The notes: generated by a model not told the origin, from the letters alone. DNA of 64,000 bases from Spirochaetota bacterium (GCA_016932015.1 JAFGDQ010000037.1:19918-83917); one strand, 5' to 3'; positions 1 through 11,093 are shown, counted from the first letter of the stretch. Numbers and translations: made by a program.

Positions 1-17
1 GCTGATTTTTCAAATCA

Positions 18-1007
18 TTAATTTACAATAAGGCGTTTTTCTTTCTGCAGCTGACCCCTGACAATATTTTCTATTTCAAGTGCTACTTCCAGGCTTCTGA
101 TATCGGAATCATTTGTAATTGATGAAGTATAGCCCTTGCTTATACTGTTATAAAAATATTCATGTTCGTGTTTTAAAGGGTTTTCCTTATGAATAAACAA
201 TTCCTCGACAAATGATTCCTGACTGTATTTAATTTCCTCTTTAGTTAAAAGATAAGCCTGGGACGCCTGTCTGTGAATATGTATATCCTGGGTAGCATAA
301 TCAAGAAATATATATGATTTTTCCTGACTAATGGATAAAGTCCTTATCTTTCTCTGGGTAATTCTTGAAGCGGTCACAGTAGCAGTACAGCCGTTTTCGA
401 ACTGAATAATTGCTGTTGCGTAATCCTCAAAATCAGTAAAAACTGATCCTCCTGTAGCCTGAACCGACGCTACCGGAGAATCAACCATATTAACAACAAT
501 GTCAATATCATGAATCATTAAATCAAGCACTACGCCGACATCCTTTATTCTGCCGACAAAAGGGGAAAGTCTGCGTGATTCAATAATGATAGGACTTGTT
601 ACAATTTTATGTAATTCCTGAACAGCTCCGTTAAATCTTTCAACATGCCCGACCTGGAATATAAGGCTTTTCTTCTTGGCTTTAGCAGCTAATTTCCTGG
701 CCTGTTCGATTTTCTCAGTCGCAGGCTTTTCAACAAGAACATGAAGATTATAATCCATCGCAAGTGATGCGTATTTATAATGAAGATAAGTCGGGACCGC
801 AATAACAACTGCGTCTATATTCTTAAAAAAATCTTCAACACTTTCAAAACACTTGATTTCAAATTTATCTGCTATTTCCTTTGCTTTCTCAAAATCAATA
901 TCATAAACCCCGGCAAGTACAATTTTATTCTTTAAAGTACTGGCAACACTTACATGATACTGGCCCATATGACCTATACCAAGAACTCCCACCCTAATTC
1001 TTTTCAT
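18..1007 (-). CDS. Gfo/Idh/MocA family NAD(P)-dependent oxidoreductase
   Basis: 329 aa; N-terminal Rossmann motif VGVLGIGHMGQYH; length and architecture typical of the family. Confidence 0.8.
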   Translation of the reverse strand: MKRIRVGVLGIGHMGQYHVSVASTLKNKIVLAGVYDIDFEKAKEIADKFEIKCFESVEDFFKNIDAVVIAVPTYLHYKYASLAMDYNLHVLVEKPATEKIEQARKLAAKAKKKSLIFQVGHVERFNGAVQELHKIVTSPIIIESRRLSPFVGRIKDVGVVLDLMIHDIDIVVNMVDSPVASVQATGGSVFTDFEDYATAIIQFENGCTATVTASRITQRKIRTLSISQEKSYIFLDYATQDIHIHRQASQAYLLTKEEIKYSQESFVEELFIHKENPLKHEHEYFYNSISKGYTSSITNDSDIRSLEVALEIENIVRGQLQKEKRLIVN

Positions 1008-1186
1008 TTTATTTTTCTCCGTTTTTCTTTTTCAGAAAAAAACCATTCAAAACCAGTTCCAATAATTCCAATCCAGCGACTGAAAATACAATTCAGTTTA
1101 TCAAAAAATTAATGATATTAATCTGTAATATAAAAATGTGTAAACCCTGTAATTCAGAAATCAACAAAAAAACTGTATAAGCATTA

Positions 1187-2278
1187 TTAAAAAATTAAAT
1201 TGCCGAGAACATCTTTTAATAAATCAATATCCACATTCTGGTTATAGACCGGATTATTCAGTCCTTTTAACAGAACAAAATTTATTTTACCGGCTGTATT
1301 TTTTTTATCATATTTCATGTGTTCTAAAATATCATTAGTTTTAACTTTGTATTTATTATATATTAAATCGTATTTTGAAATAAGATCGGCGACACGCCGT
1401 TTTTCCTGTTCCGTAAGCCATCCGATTCTTTCAGATATTTCACTTTCAACTAATAGTCCGATAGCAACAGCCTCTCCATGTGAAATAGTCTTGTATTCCA
1501 GCAATGATTCTATTGCATGCCCAACTGTATGGCCGAAATTTAAAATGGCCCTCAGGCCCCCTTCCTTTTCATCTTTTTCAACAACTTTAGCCTTAAATAA
1601 TGCGGATAAATATACAATAGCCTCAACGTTATCCGATTCTCTTAAGGATTTCAAGTTATTTTCCTCAAGAATAGTTAAAAGCTTTTCTTCACCGATAATG
1701 GCATGCTTAAGGACTTCCGTTATTCCGTTCTTAAATTCATTTTCAGGAAGAGTCTGAATAAAATCGGTATCGGAAAGCACCATTTCAGGCTGATAGAAAG
1801 ACCCCACTATGTTTTTCCCAGCTGAAATATTAACGGCAACCTTGCCGCCGATGCTGGAATCGACCATTGCTAACAAGGTAGTTGGGACATGTATCAGAGA
1901 AATTCCACGCATATATACAGAAGCAATAAATCCGGCAAAATCACCTGTAACGCCTCCACCTATTCCAACAATTGCGGAATTTCTGGAATATCCTCCTGAA
2001 AGCAGGTCATTTAAAAATTTTTCAGCATATTTATAATTTTTATTTTCTTCACCGTCTTTCATTGGAAAAAAATCACAATTATTATAGCTGCGGAATATTC
2101 CTTTTATGCGGCTGTCATACAGTTCCAAAATTCGAGAACTCACTATTACAGCAACTCTGTCTTTTTTTGATAATAAGTCGTGAAATTGATTCTCCGCAAA
2201 TACTATAGAACGGCCTGTTGATATACGATAGGAGCTGCCGCCTGTATTAAGATTAACTTCTTTCATTGATCTATCCAT
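1187..2278 (-). CDS. aroB: 3-dehydroquinate synthase
   Basis: 363 aa; GGGVTGDFAGF NAD-binding motif and metal-binding region (HAIE...H) typical of AroB. Confidence 0.85.
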   Translation of the reverse strand: MDRSMKEVNLNTGGSSYRISTGRSIVFAENQFHDLLSKKDRVAVIVSSRILELYDSRIKGIFRSYNNCDFFPMKDGEENKNYKYAEKFLNDLLSGGYSRNSAIVGIGGGVTGDFAGFIASVYMRGISLIHVPTTLLAMVDSSIGGKVAVNISAGKNIVGSFYQPEMVLSDTDFIQTLPENEFKNGITEVLKHAIIGEEKLLTILEENNLKSLRESDNVEAIVYLSALFKAKVVEKDEKEGGLRAILNFGHTVGHAIESLLEYKTISHGEAVAIGLLVESEISERIGWLTEQEKRRVADLISKYDLIYNKYKVKTNDILEHMKYDKKNTAGKINFVLLKGLNNPVYNQNVDIDLLKDVLGNLIF

Positions 2279-2709
2279 CTTTTCCCGAGATAAATCTTTT
2301 TCCCGATACCTTGCATTAGCTGTACAATTTCTTCTTTAATTGGAGGAATAATCCTAATTTCATCCAGTTCATTCACAGTAAAAAATTTATAACTATAAAG
2401 TCGTTTTTCGTTTCCTAACTTATAATCTCCGGATTTGTAATCACAAAAAAAGCATATATTTAATATATGCTTTCCCAGATCAGGGGCAATTGAATCACTT
2501 ATTAAAGCTACTTCATTTACCTTAACACTTATACCCAACTCTTCTTTTAATTCTCTTGATAGTGCTTCTTTCAGTGCCTCTCCCTCTTTGACACCTCCCC
2601 CCGGCAGCAGCCAGTAAATATTATCATCTTTTTTATGAGCAATAAGCAGGATATTACTGTCTTCAATTATTATTGCAGCTACTCTTATCCTTATATTTTC
2701 ATAACTCAT
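2263..2709 (-). CDS. NUDIX hydrolase
   Basis: 148 aa; Nudix box GGGVKEGEALKEALSRELKEELGI (GX5EX7REUXEEXGU). Confidence 0.8.
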   Translation of the reverse strand: MSYENIRIRVAAIIIEDSNILLIAHKKDDNIYWLLPGGGVKEGEALKEALSRELKEELGISVKVNEVALISDSIAPDLGKHILNICFFCDYKSGDYKLGNEKRLYSYKFFTVNELDEIRIIPPIKEEIVQLMQGIGKKIYLGKRWIDQ

Positions 2710-2713
2710 TTTA

Positions 2714-3469
2714 CTATAGTGTTAAATCTCCTTTCCAGATATCCTGCAGTATTTTTTTTGCAGCATCCATTTCTGCTTTTCTTTTACTGGAACCTGTCCC
2801 CTGTGATATTTCTTCTCCTTTAATAACCAGCTTAACTGTAAACTGTTTATTATGATCAGGGCCGCTTTCATCAATTACTTCATAAACCGGCCTTTCTTTG
2901 AACTTCCCCTGAACATATTCCTGTAAAGCTGTTTTCGGATCTCTTAGATAGGATAACTTATCGATTCTTTCAATGTGGCTCTTAAGCAGAGATAGAATAT
3001 ATCTCTTACTTTCTTTTAAACCGGAATCAAGGTAAATAGCACCGATGACTGCTTCAAAGGTATTGGCAAGAATTGAAGCTCTCTCTCTTCCTCCGCATCT
3101 CTCTTCTCCTTTACCCATAAGGAGAAAGCTTCCCAGGTTAATCTCAGCAGCTACTTTCGCAAGTGTTGTCTCCGAAACAACCGCTGATTTAATTTTTGCG
3201 AGATTTCCTTCAGGATAATCTTCATAACGCTTAAAGAGGTATTCATTGATTACAACAGCAAGAACCGAATCTCCCAGGAACTCAAGTCTTTCATTATCCC
3301 GCAGTCCGGATCTGTATTCATTGACAAAAGAACGATGCGTAAGTGCCCGGTTAAGCAGACTTTTATCTTTAAATTTTAATTTCAGATTCTTTTGTAATCT
3401 GTTTAGCTGTCTGTACCTTTTTTGTTTACTATTATTCCCTTTGCTTTTTTCGTTTTTATCGGATTCCAT
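2714..3469 (-). CDS. rnc: ribonuclease III
   Basis: 251 aa; RNase III signature ERLEFLGDSVL, C-terminal dsRBD. Confidence 0.9.
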   Translation of the reverse strand: MESDKNEKSKGNNSKQKRYRQLNRLQKNLKLKFKDKSLLNRALTHRSFVNEYRSGLRDNERLEFLGDSVLAVVINEYLFKRYEDYPEGNLAKIKSAVVSETTLAKVAAEINLGSFLLMGKGEERCGGRERASILANTFEAVIGAIYLDSGLKESKRYILSLLKSHIERIDKLSYLRDPKTALQEYVQGKFKERPVYEVIDESGPDHNKQFTVKLVIKGEEISQGTGSSKRKAEMDAAKKILQDIWKGDLTL

Positions 3470-3510
3470 TAGGCATACTTTTTAATCAGGGAACCATAGG
3501 ATAGCATTAC

Positions 3511-3747
3511 TTACAGCTGCTTCGATTCGATGTATTTAATGATATCAGAAACATTTACTATCTTTTCAGCATCTTCATCCGGTATTTCAATACCGAATTC
3601 TTCTTCCAGAGCCATTACAAGCTCAACAGTATCAAGTGAATCTGCACCCAAATCATCAATGAATGAAGCTTCCATTGTAACTTCAGATTCATCAACACCA
3701 AGCTGATCAACAATAATCTGTTTTATTTTATCAAAATCAACTGCCAT
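3511..3747 (-). CDS. acpP: acyl carrier protein
   Basis: 78 aa; phosphopantetheine attachment motif DLGADSLD. Confidence 0.9.
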   Translation of the reverse strand: MAVDFDKIKQIIVDQLGVDESEVTMEASFIDDLGADSLDTVELVMALEEEFGIEIPDEDAEKIVNVSDIIKYIESKQL

Positions 3748-3858
3748 TTTATTCGCGGTCCTCCTTATAATTTCAATGTAACTAATGGTATTATTTTATA
3801 AAAAAATGAAATATTGTAAATATTTCAAAAAATTTATCCAGAAAGTTTAAAAAAAATA

Positions 3859-4056
3859 TTATTTATTTTCTTTTATTTTGACTTTAGGTTCCACTACAAG
3901 ATTGCCTTTATAGTGACCACATTCACTGCAGACTCTATGAGGAAGAACATATGCACCGCATCTTGGACATGGTCTTAAATTTGGAACACCAATAGCATCA
4001 TGTGATCTTCTCATTCTGGATTTTGATTTCGATTTTCTTCTTTTTGGTAATGCCAC
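3859..4056 (-). CDS. rpmF: 50S ribosomal protein L32 (zinc-ribbon form)
   Basis: 65 aa; [11 protein letters not shown] start; CPRC...CSEC zinc ribbon. Confidence 0.9.
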   Translation of the reverse strand: MALPKRRKSKSKSRMRRSHDAIGVPNLRPCPRCGAYVLPHRVCSECGHYKGNLVVEPKVKIKENK

Positions 4057-4308
4057 GGTTCAACTCCCTATATTTTATCCATTACTATAATTATTAAAAT
4101 TCCCTGTAACTGTAATCAAACCTGTCTACTTCCACTTTAACAAAAATGTATTTCTGCCCCTCATCTCTGCTTATGTCAAGATTTTTTTAATAATAAGAAG
4201 AGTAAAGGATACTCAGATTTTTTATTAACCTTTTTGTGATTTGGATATTTTTTCTCAATATTCGGAAGAAACAGATTATCTGCTTATCAGTATCAGGTAT
4301 TTAATTTA

Positions 4309-4992
4309 CTAAGAATTATTAAAGCCAAGCAACAATAATCTTTTTTTTGCTTTTACAGCAAACATTGATACGGGAAAATCGGATATCACTTTATTGAAAT
4401 ATTCTTTAGCTTTAAAGACATCTCCCTGTAAATGATAGATCCGTCCCAGATCATAATATATTTCATCAGCAATTACACTGTCATTATATTCTGTTTCAAG
4501 TTTTTTATAAATTTTTAAAGCTCCGTCTATGTCATTTAATTTTTCTGATACTATTCCTGCCCTGTGTAATGCCAAAGGCGCAAAAAATGAAGACGGGGAA
4601 TTCTCTACAAACTTAAGGAGATACTCCTTGCCTTCATTATGTTTATCGGCATTAAAATATAATCCCGCGACAATATAGTAACCGTTTTCGTTTACATAGC
4701 CCCACATAGAAGATTCAATTATTTTATTCAGTTCATCTAATGTCCTGTTGAGATCCCTTACTTTTTCACCTGTCTCTGAATAATAATCATCAAGAATTTT
4801 TTCAAATTGAATTAATTCTCTGTTCTCTCTGCTATGATAATATACAATGCCGGAAATTATTAATACAGCAAGTATAACAAATATGATAGAAGAATATATC
4901 AAAGGACGTTTTTTATTTCTAACGAGATCCTTAACTCTCATTAAAAATCTTTCAATGACATTTCTTTCTATTTCTATTTTTCTTGTATTCAT
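4309..4992 (-). CDS. single-pass membrane protein with tetratricopeptide-like repeats
   Basis: 227 aa; one N-terminal TM helix (IIFVILAVLIISGIVYY) followed by helical TPR-like repeats. Confidence 0.55.
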   Translation of the reverse strand: MNTRKIEIERNVIERFLMRVKDLVRNKKRPLIYSSIIFVILAVLIISGIVYYHSRENRELIQFEKILDDYYSETGEKVRDLNRTLDELNKIIESSMWGYVNENGYYIVAGLYFNADKHNEGKEYLLKFVENSPSSFFAPLALHRAGIVSEKLNDIDGALKIYKKLETEYNDSVIADEIYYDLGRIYHLQGDVFKAKEYFNKVISDFPVSMFAVKAKKRLLLLGFNNS

Positions 4993-5003
4993 GATATAGC
5001 CTG

Positions 5004-6674
5004 TTATTCTCCCAATTTTATCTGGATAAAATCTCCAAGAGTAACCTTTTTCGAGCTTGTTTCATTTAACAGTTTATTCAGTTCTTCCTTCTCAAGTGCA
5101 GCATCATATTTTTTCATGCTTAACGAAAGTCGTTTACGTTCAATGTCAATTCCAAGTACTTCGACATTAACTTCATCACCCTCTTTAAAGTGATCTGCAA
5201 TATTTTCGATTCTTTTATGTGATACTTCTGAAATATGCACAAGCCCTTCAATATCATCATCAATCTTTACAAACAAACCGAATGGAACAATACCTGATAC
5301 AGTTCCGCTAACTCTGCTTCCTGCCGGAAATTTCTCATTAATCAGTTCCCATGGAGATTTCTGCAGCTGCTTCATCCCGCAGGCAATTTTCATTTCATCT
5401 TTTTTTATTTCAAGAATCCTGTACTCAACAGATTCACCTGTTTTGTAATTCACTGTCGGATCTTTGAGTTTATCATCCCATGTAATGTCTGAAATATGTA
5501 TTAATCCGTCAATCCCGTCTTCAAGTTCCACAAACATTCCAAAATTTACAATCTTTTTTATTTCACTCTTATGAATTGCACCAACCTTGAAACGCTCATC
5601 AATAGAATCCCATGGATTCGGGAAAAGTGCTTTGTAGCTAAGAGGGATCTTCTTTTCATCTTTCTTTATATCAATTATTTTGGCCTCAATTTTCTGACCT
5701 TTCTCAAAAAGATCTTTTGGATTTATATTTTTCTTGGTCCAGGATAATTCTCCTAAATCAATAAACCCGTCAATACCTTCCTCAACCTGGACGAACACAC
5801 CGAAATTGGCAATTGTCACAACCTCTCCGGAAATAACATCACCTGCTTTGTATCTTTCCTCTATTGAAGCCCATGGATCATCAGTCAGTTGTTTCAGACC
5901 AAGAGAAATTTTTTCCTCTTCCCTGTCAATATTCAGTATTAAAAATTCTTTTTCTTCATTTAATTCTATGAGTTTTTTAGGTTTGAATATTTTATTCCAG
6001 GACATATCATTTTTATGAAGTAATGCCTCTATTCCTTCAATTTCAATAAAGGCTCCGAATTCCACAAATTTCTTAACCTTACCGGTTATTTTATCTCCTG
6101 TCTTATATTTTGACAAAAAATTATCCCAGAGTTTAACTTTTTCTTCTTCGATAAAATCTTTTCTTGATAAAAGAATATTGTGTCTTTTTTCATCAATGTT
6201 TAAAATTTTAAACCAGAACGGAGCTTTGGAATTTGCGTTCTTTTTCATTCTCAGGTCAGCAGCATGAGAGAATGGCAGAAAGCCGTCAATCTCTTCACAA
6301 TTAATGACAAAACCATTATTATTGGAGTCGCCTATAGCGCCCTGTATACGATCAATACCGTCTCTATATATGGTCAGGAAATTCTCCCATTTTTTTTCCT
6401 TTTCAGCTGCAGTTTTTGAAAAAACATACATTCCGTCAATTAACCTTTTGTTCACAAGCAGGACATCAATTATGTCTCCAATTTGAGGTTTTTCGGAAAA
6501 TTCATTTAAGTTAACTCTTCCGTCGGTTTTAATGCCGACATTCACATAAGCAAAGTCATTATCAATGGTAACTACTTCACCGCTAAGTATCCTGTCCTTT
6601 TCAACTATATCAATCGGCAGGTCAGCAACCTGTTTCATATCAATACTTTCTTCGTATTTTTCGCTAATTTCCAT
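5004..6674 (-). CDS. rpsA: 30S ribosomal protein S1
   Basis: 556 aa; six repeated S1 RNA-binding domains; conserved cmk-rpsA adjacency. Confidence 0.9.
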   Translation of the reverse strand: MEISEKYEESIDMKQVADLPIDIVEKDRILSGEVVTIDNDFAYVNVGIKTDGRVNLNEFSEKPQIGDIIDVLLVNKRLIDGMYVFSKTAAEKEKKWENFLTIYRDGIDRIQGAIGDSNNNGFVINCEEIDGFLPFSHAADLRMKKNANSKAPFWFKILNIDEKRHNILLSRKDFIEEEKVKLWDNFLSKYKTGDKITGKVKKFVEFGAFIEIEGIEALLHKNDMSWNKIFKPKKLIELNEEKEFLILNIDREEEKISLGLKQLTDDPWASIEERYKAGDVISGEVVTIANFGVFVQVEEGIDGFIDLGELSWTKKNINPKDLFEKGQKIEAKIIDIKKDEKKIPLSYKALFPNPWDSIDERFKVGAIHKSEIKKIVNFGMFVELEDGIDGLIHISDITWDDKLKDPTVNYKTGESVEYRILEIKKDEMKIACGMKQLQKSPWELINEKFPAGSRVSGTVSGIVPFGLFVKIDDDIEGLVHISEVSHKRIENIADHFKEGDEVNVEVLGIDIERKRLSLSMKKYDAALEKEELNKLLNETSSKKVTLGDFIQIKLGE

Positions 6675-6769
6675 AATAATAACCCTGTTTTAATAACAAA
6701 TATTTAAATATCGTTAAATATTCAAGCCTGCAGTTTATGCTTAAAAATTTTACCATAAAGCAGTAATTC

Positions 6770-7453
6770 TTACATAGAATAATCCTTAATTATTGAACAG
6801 ACTTTTCTTATAACGTCCTCTTTTTTCATTTCCGAAGTATCAATATAAATTGCATCTTCTCTTCTTTCCAGCTTACCAAAAGGTCTGGACATATCCTGTG
6901 TATCACGTAGGGCAATCTGTTTCTTGATATCTTTTATGTCAACATTTTTTCCAGTTTCTTTATATTCTTCAAATCTTCTTACAGCCCTGACATCAACTGA
7001 AGCATCAAGATATATCTTGATATTCGCATCAGGAAATACAACAGAACCAATATCCCTTCCATCCATAATTACCGAATACATTTCTGACCATTTTCGTAAA
7101 ATACTATTAACAAGCTCCCGTACACTGATATCATCAGAAACTATCCCTATATTTTTTGCAATAACTTCTGTACGAATATCATTGGAAATATCCCGTTCAT
7201 TAAGAAAAGTTGAACAGGTTCCATCTTCATTAAATACCTGATCAAAAAATACATCTTTTAAATAATCAGATAAGTTATGTTTTGCGGGTATTTCATCATG
7301 TTTTTCAAGTAAATACCATGTAATTGCTCTGTAAACTGCACCGGAATCGATATATTTTAGTTTCAATTGTTTAGCTACTTCTTTTGAAATACTGCTTTTC
7401 CCTGAACCGGCCGGGCCATCTACTGCTATAATAATTTTTCTATTCTCTGTCAA
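6770..7453 (-). CDS. cmk: cytidylate kinase
   Basis: 227 aa; P-loop IIAVDGPAGSGKSS. Confidence 0.9.
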   Translation of the reverse strand: MTENRKIIIAVDGPAGSGKSSISKEVAKQLKLKYIDSGAVYRAITWYLLEKHDEIPAKHNLSDYLKDVFFDQVFNEDGTCSTFLNERDISNDIRTEVIAKNIGIVSDDISVRELVNSILRKWSEMYSVIMDGRDIGSVVFPDANIKIYLDASVDVRAVRRFEEYKETGKNVDIKDIKKQIALRDTQDMSRPFGKLERREDAIYIDTSEMKKEDVIRKVCSIIKDYSM

Positions 7454-8357
7454 TTGTCTGTTTATATTCCCTGATTTTTTTAAAAAATGATCTTATTTCA
7501 GCATGGATATTATTTTCGGAATTCAATATATCTTTTAAAGATCGCAATTTATCGATTATTAAGTCAATTGATTTTAAAATATTAGTTTTATTTAAAACCG
7601 AAATATCAGCCCATATATCAGGAGAACCGGCTGCGATCCTTGTAACATCCCTAAAACCCTGCCCAATGAATAAATCTGATTTTTCCCCGATAATTTTATT
7701 AATGGTTTCCTGCCTGCTTGTCTCAAAAAAATTCTCTACAATCAGACATGACAATAAATGCGGCAAATGACTCGTAAGAGAAATTATTAAGTCATGAAGA
7801 CCGGCAGGACAAATAATAGTTCTCGCATTCAGGACTTTCCAGAATTTGATTACTTTATCAATGTCCTGCTTACGATTAAATTTATTAGGAGTTATAATAA
7901 CAGAGGCATTTTTAAAAAGGCCTTCCCTGCTGTTGCCATATCCATCCTTTTCCGAACCTGCCATCGGATGACATCCAATAAACTGCCGGGCTGATTTATT
8001 TTTCTCAACTTCAATTATTATTTCTTCTTTAACACTGCCAACATCAATCATTAATGTTCCGTCTCTTAATCCGGAATTATTAAGCAGATTATTTATTAAA
8101 CTGACTGAAGCAATAACAGGCAGACAAACAATAATTAAATCAACGATACTTAAATCAGGATTTTTAACATCTCCAATGAAATCTGCAATTCCTTCATCAA
8201 CAGCACTTTTAAGGGATTCAGGATTTCTGCTGTATACATGAAGCTCTATATCTTTAGAATAATTTCTTAAATCCCTGCAAATTGATCCTCCCAGCAACCC
8301 GGCACCAAATACGGCAATTTTACTAAACTCTAATTTCTCTAATTTATCAGAACTCAA
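7440..8357 (-). CDS. tyrA: prephenate dehydrogenase
   Basis: 305 aa; N-terminal NAD-binding AVFGAGLLGG; family fold. Confidence 0.8.
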   Translation of the reverse strand: MSSDKLEKLEFSKIAVFGAGLLGGSICRDLRNYSKDIELHVYSRNPESLKSAVDEGIADFIGDVKNPDLSIVDLIIVCLPVIASVSLINNLLNNSGLRDGTLMIDVGSVKEEIIIEVEKNKSARQFIGCHPMAGSEKDGYGNSREGLFKNASVIITPNKFNRKQDIDKVIKFWKVLNARTIICPAGLHDLIISLTSHLPHLLSCLIVENFFETSRQETINKIIGEKSDLFIGQGFRDVTRIAAGSPDIWADISVLNKTNILKSIDLIIDKLRSLKDILNSENNIHAEIRSFFKKIREYKQTIDRE

Positions 8358-8362
8358 TTTTA

Positions 8363-9430
8363 TCAGCCTTCAGAACGGGAAATCGGCAGCAGAACAGGGT
8401 ATGAACCCAGTATCTTTAGAAACAGAACATTCTTTTTTAAAATATCCAGAACCTCTATTACATTTTTCTCACTGCTGTGCCCTGTAAAATCAACAAAAAA
8501 ATTATAGGCCCACATCTCCTTCTTGTTCGGACGTGATTCTATTTTAGACAAATTTATTCCGGCATTCCTGAACGGCTCAAGAATATCATATAACGCTCCG
8601 GGTGAATCTTTTATCCCGAAAACAATGGAAGTTTTATCATTGCCTGTAGGTGGATTTTCTTTATGCCCTATAATAAAAAATCTTGTATAATTATTCTTAT
8701 AATCGTCAATATTACGGGCGAGCAAATTCAGCTCATATCTGTCTGCTGCCTTTTCAGATGCAATAGCAGCCGACAAACTTTCCGCTGCTGCATTCTCAGC
8801 AGCAAGAATTGTTGATGCAGTCTGAACTATCCGGGCATCAGGTAAATTTGTCCTCAACCAGTTTTTACATTGAGCAAGCGGTTGAGGATGGGAATAGACT
8901 TTTTTTATTCTGCTTAAATCATTCTCTCCGGACAACAGACAATTCATTATCCTTAAAAATTTTTCTGATTGTATTTTCAGTCCTGTATTCATGAGTTCAT
9001 CAAGTGTGTAACTTACCGACCCTTCAGTACTGTTTTCAACCGGGACAACTCCGAATGAGACAGATCCTGACTCAACCTCGTCAAAAACAGAGGCAATTGT
9101 ATTCTGGGGAACAGCTTCTACAGAGCTGCCGAAAATTTCCAGAATAGCCTGATATGAAAAAGTCCCTTCCGGCCCAAGATATGCAATTTTTGCCGGCTGA
9201 ACAAGTTTTCTCGAACAGGATATCATCTCGGTAAAAATATCCTTGATTACCCTGTTTGAAAGCGGTCCGTTATTTAATGATGTAATATGGTTATATGTAT
9301 CGGTTTGATCAGCCGGAGAATATATTTCCTGAATCTGGCTGCTTTTCTTCAGCTCTTCAATATACAGTGATGATCTTTCATTTAATAAATTTATTATCCT
9401 GCTGTCTAATTCAGCAATCTCCTTATTCAT
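8363..9430 (-). CDS. pheA: bifunctional chorismate mutase / prephenate dehydratase
   Basis: 355 aa; N-terminal chorismate-mutase helices, PDT domain, C-terminal ACT domain. Confidence 0.85.
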   Translation of the reverse strand: MNKEIAELDSRIINLLNERSSLYIEELKKSSQIQEIYSPADQTDTYNHITSLNNGPLSNRVIKDIFTEMISCSRKLVQPAKIAYLGPEGTFSYQAILEIFGSSVEAVPQNTIASVFDEVESGSVSFGVVPVENSTEGSVSYTLDELMNTGLKIQSEKFLRIMNCLLSGENDLSRIKKVYSHPQPLAQCKNWLRTNLPDARIVQTASTILAAENAAAESLSAAIASEKAADRYELNLLARNIDDYKNNYTRFFIIGHKENPPTGNDKTSIVFGIKDSPGALYDILEPFRNAGINLSKIESRPNKKEMWAYNFFVDFTGHSSEKNVIEVLDILKKNVLFLKILGSYPVLLPISRSEG

Positions 9431-9464
9431 TGATGATTCCTGTAATATCTTTAAAAGTTTATTC

Positions 9465-10130
9465 CTAATCCTCGAAATAAAGCTCCTCTATTTCAGATAA
9501 AGTAGGCAAATCTGTCAGTGTTTTTAAACCGAAATGTTTTAAAAATTCATCTGTTGTTCCGTAAAGAAGCGGCCTTCCCGGGAGCTCTTTTCTTCCAACC
9601 GGTTTTACAAGGTTTCTCTTCATCAGTTTTGCAAGCATCATCCTTGATGAGACACCTCTAAGTTTCTCTATTTCAGCAAGTATAACAGGCTGTTTATAAG
9701 CAATTATTGAAAGCGTCTCAAGCATACCTCTGGTAAGTCCCTCTTTCTTTTCAAAAAACAGTGCCCGCCTTATATCTTCAGCAAAAACTTCGCGGGTAAT
9801 GAACTGATACCCTTCAGAAAATTCCTTAAGTATTATACCACCGGCTCTTTCCTCATATTCATCTATTATAGAATCAAGAATGATCTTTGCATCTTCAGTT
9901 TCCATCTGAAAATTTTTTGAAAAAAATGAAATAGGAACAGGATCATTGGAAAGAAAAAGAAGAGCTTCAAATAATCCATAATAATATGAATCATCCTTAT
10001 CTATTTCTTCCTGTATCAATTCTTCATTATCAGTATTATCCGAAGGAAGATCGTTTTTCGCATTACTATTATTCTTTTCTTCCACCGCTGTATTATCAGC
10101 ATCAATTTCATTCATATGATTATTACTCAT
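9465..10130 (-). CDS. scpB: segregation and condensation protein B
   Basis: 221 aa; ScpB winged-helix pattern; follows scpA. Confidence 0.8.
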   Translation of the reverse strand: MSNNHMNEIDADNTAVEEKNNSNAKNDLPSDNTDNEELIQEEIDKDDSYYYGLFEALLFLSNDPVPISFFSKNFQMETEDAKIILDSIIDEYEERAGGIILKEFSEGYQFITREVFAEDIRRALFFEKKEGLTRGMLETLSIIAYKQPVILAEIEKLRGVSSRMMLAKLMKRNLVKPVGRKELPGRPLLYGTTDEFLKHFGLKTLTDLPTLSEIEELYFED

Positions 10131-10226
10131 AATATTGATATTCTATTCAAATATGATCTTTGAAATGCGGTTTGAACCGTTAAAAAACTGGTAATTTTAA
10201 TAAATATAATAAAAAAGCGAAGTATT

Positions 10227-10961
10227 TTAATTACGCAGAATTCTGATATCACCGAAAACTCTATGCTGCATTATTTTAAGCTGCCCGTGTTTAGCCATTT
10301 CCAGAATAGCCATAAATGTGACAATCAATAATGCACGGCTGGGTCTCTCAGGAAAAAGATCAACAAAACGAATATGATCTTTATCTTTCAAAATATCGGC
10401 AATGTAGGTAATCCTGTCACCTACAAGAATTTCGTCAAATACAATTTCTTCCTGTTCTACCTGCACTTTGTCGGTTAATATTTTGGTAAAAGCATCAAGA
10501 AGGTCGAAAAGAGTAATTCCTATATAATCTTCATCTATGACTTCCTGTTCAGGATTTTGTCTGTAAAAAGTATCAGCCTGATTATCATAATAGTCTTTTA
10601 ATTTTTGTGATGTCAGCTGTATTTTTTTGTATTCGATCAATCTTTCAACAAGATCAGGAGGCAAAGGAGGAATGAAATATTCATCCTCAAGCTCCTCTCC
10701 CGGAATAAGAGCTTTTGACTTATAATAAAGCAAATCAGAAGCCATAACAATAAATTCAGAGGCTATCTTGACATTCATCTTCTCCATCAATTTCAGATAT
10801 AATATATACTGTTCAGTTATCTGTGAAATATAAATTTCAGTAACATCAATTTTTGCTCTCTTAATCAGATCCCACAAAAGATCAAGCGGCCCCTCGAAAT
10901 TATCGATGGTCAGAACATAATTATTTTCCTTATTATTATCATTATTGGATAATGAATCCAT
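10227..10961 (-). CDS. scpA: segregation and condensation protein A
   Basis: 244 aa; ScpA family, kleisin-like. Confidence 0.8.
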   Translation of the reverse strand: MDSLSNNDNNKENNYVLTIDNFEGPLDLLWDLIKRAKIDVTEIYISQITEQYILYLKLMEKMNVKIASEFIVMASDLLYYKSKALIPGEELEDEYFIPPLPPDLVERLIEYKKIQLTSQKLKDYYDNQADTFYRQNPEQEVIDEDYIGITLFDLLDAFTKILTDKVQVEQEEIVFDEILVGDRITYIADILKDKDHIRFVDLFPERPSRALLIVTFMAILEMAKHGQLKIMQHRVFGDIRILRN

Positions 10962-11057
10962 TTTTGCCGCATCCTGATTAATTATTTCTTTTTAAATAAG
11001 ATTAAATTTTTTTCTAAATATCGGTATTTAATATTTAATTGAATAGAAATGCTAAGG

Positions 11058-11093
11058 TTAACAAAACCATATCCCTGCCAAAGGCAGGGATAT
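11058..11093 (-). terminator. rho-independent terminator after cheY
   Basis: perfect 11-bp inverted repeat atatccctgcc/ggcagggatat (11069-11093), followed on the minus strand by GGTTTTGTT. Confidence 0.6.

Noticed and set aside
4057-4308. 252-bp spacer downstream of rpmF, as a possible ncRNA (SRP, RNase P or 6S)
   Set aside because: No conserved SRP (GGAAGCAGCCA-like) or RNase P (AGGAAAGTCCGGGC-like) cores are visible, only AT-rich sequence.
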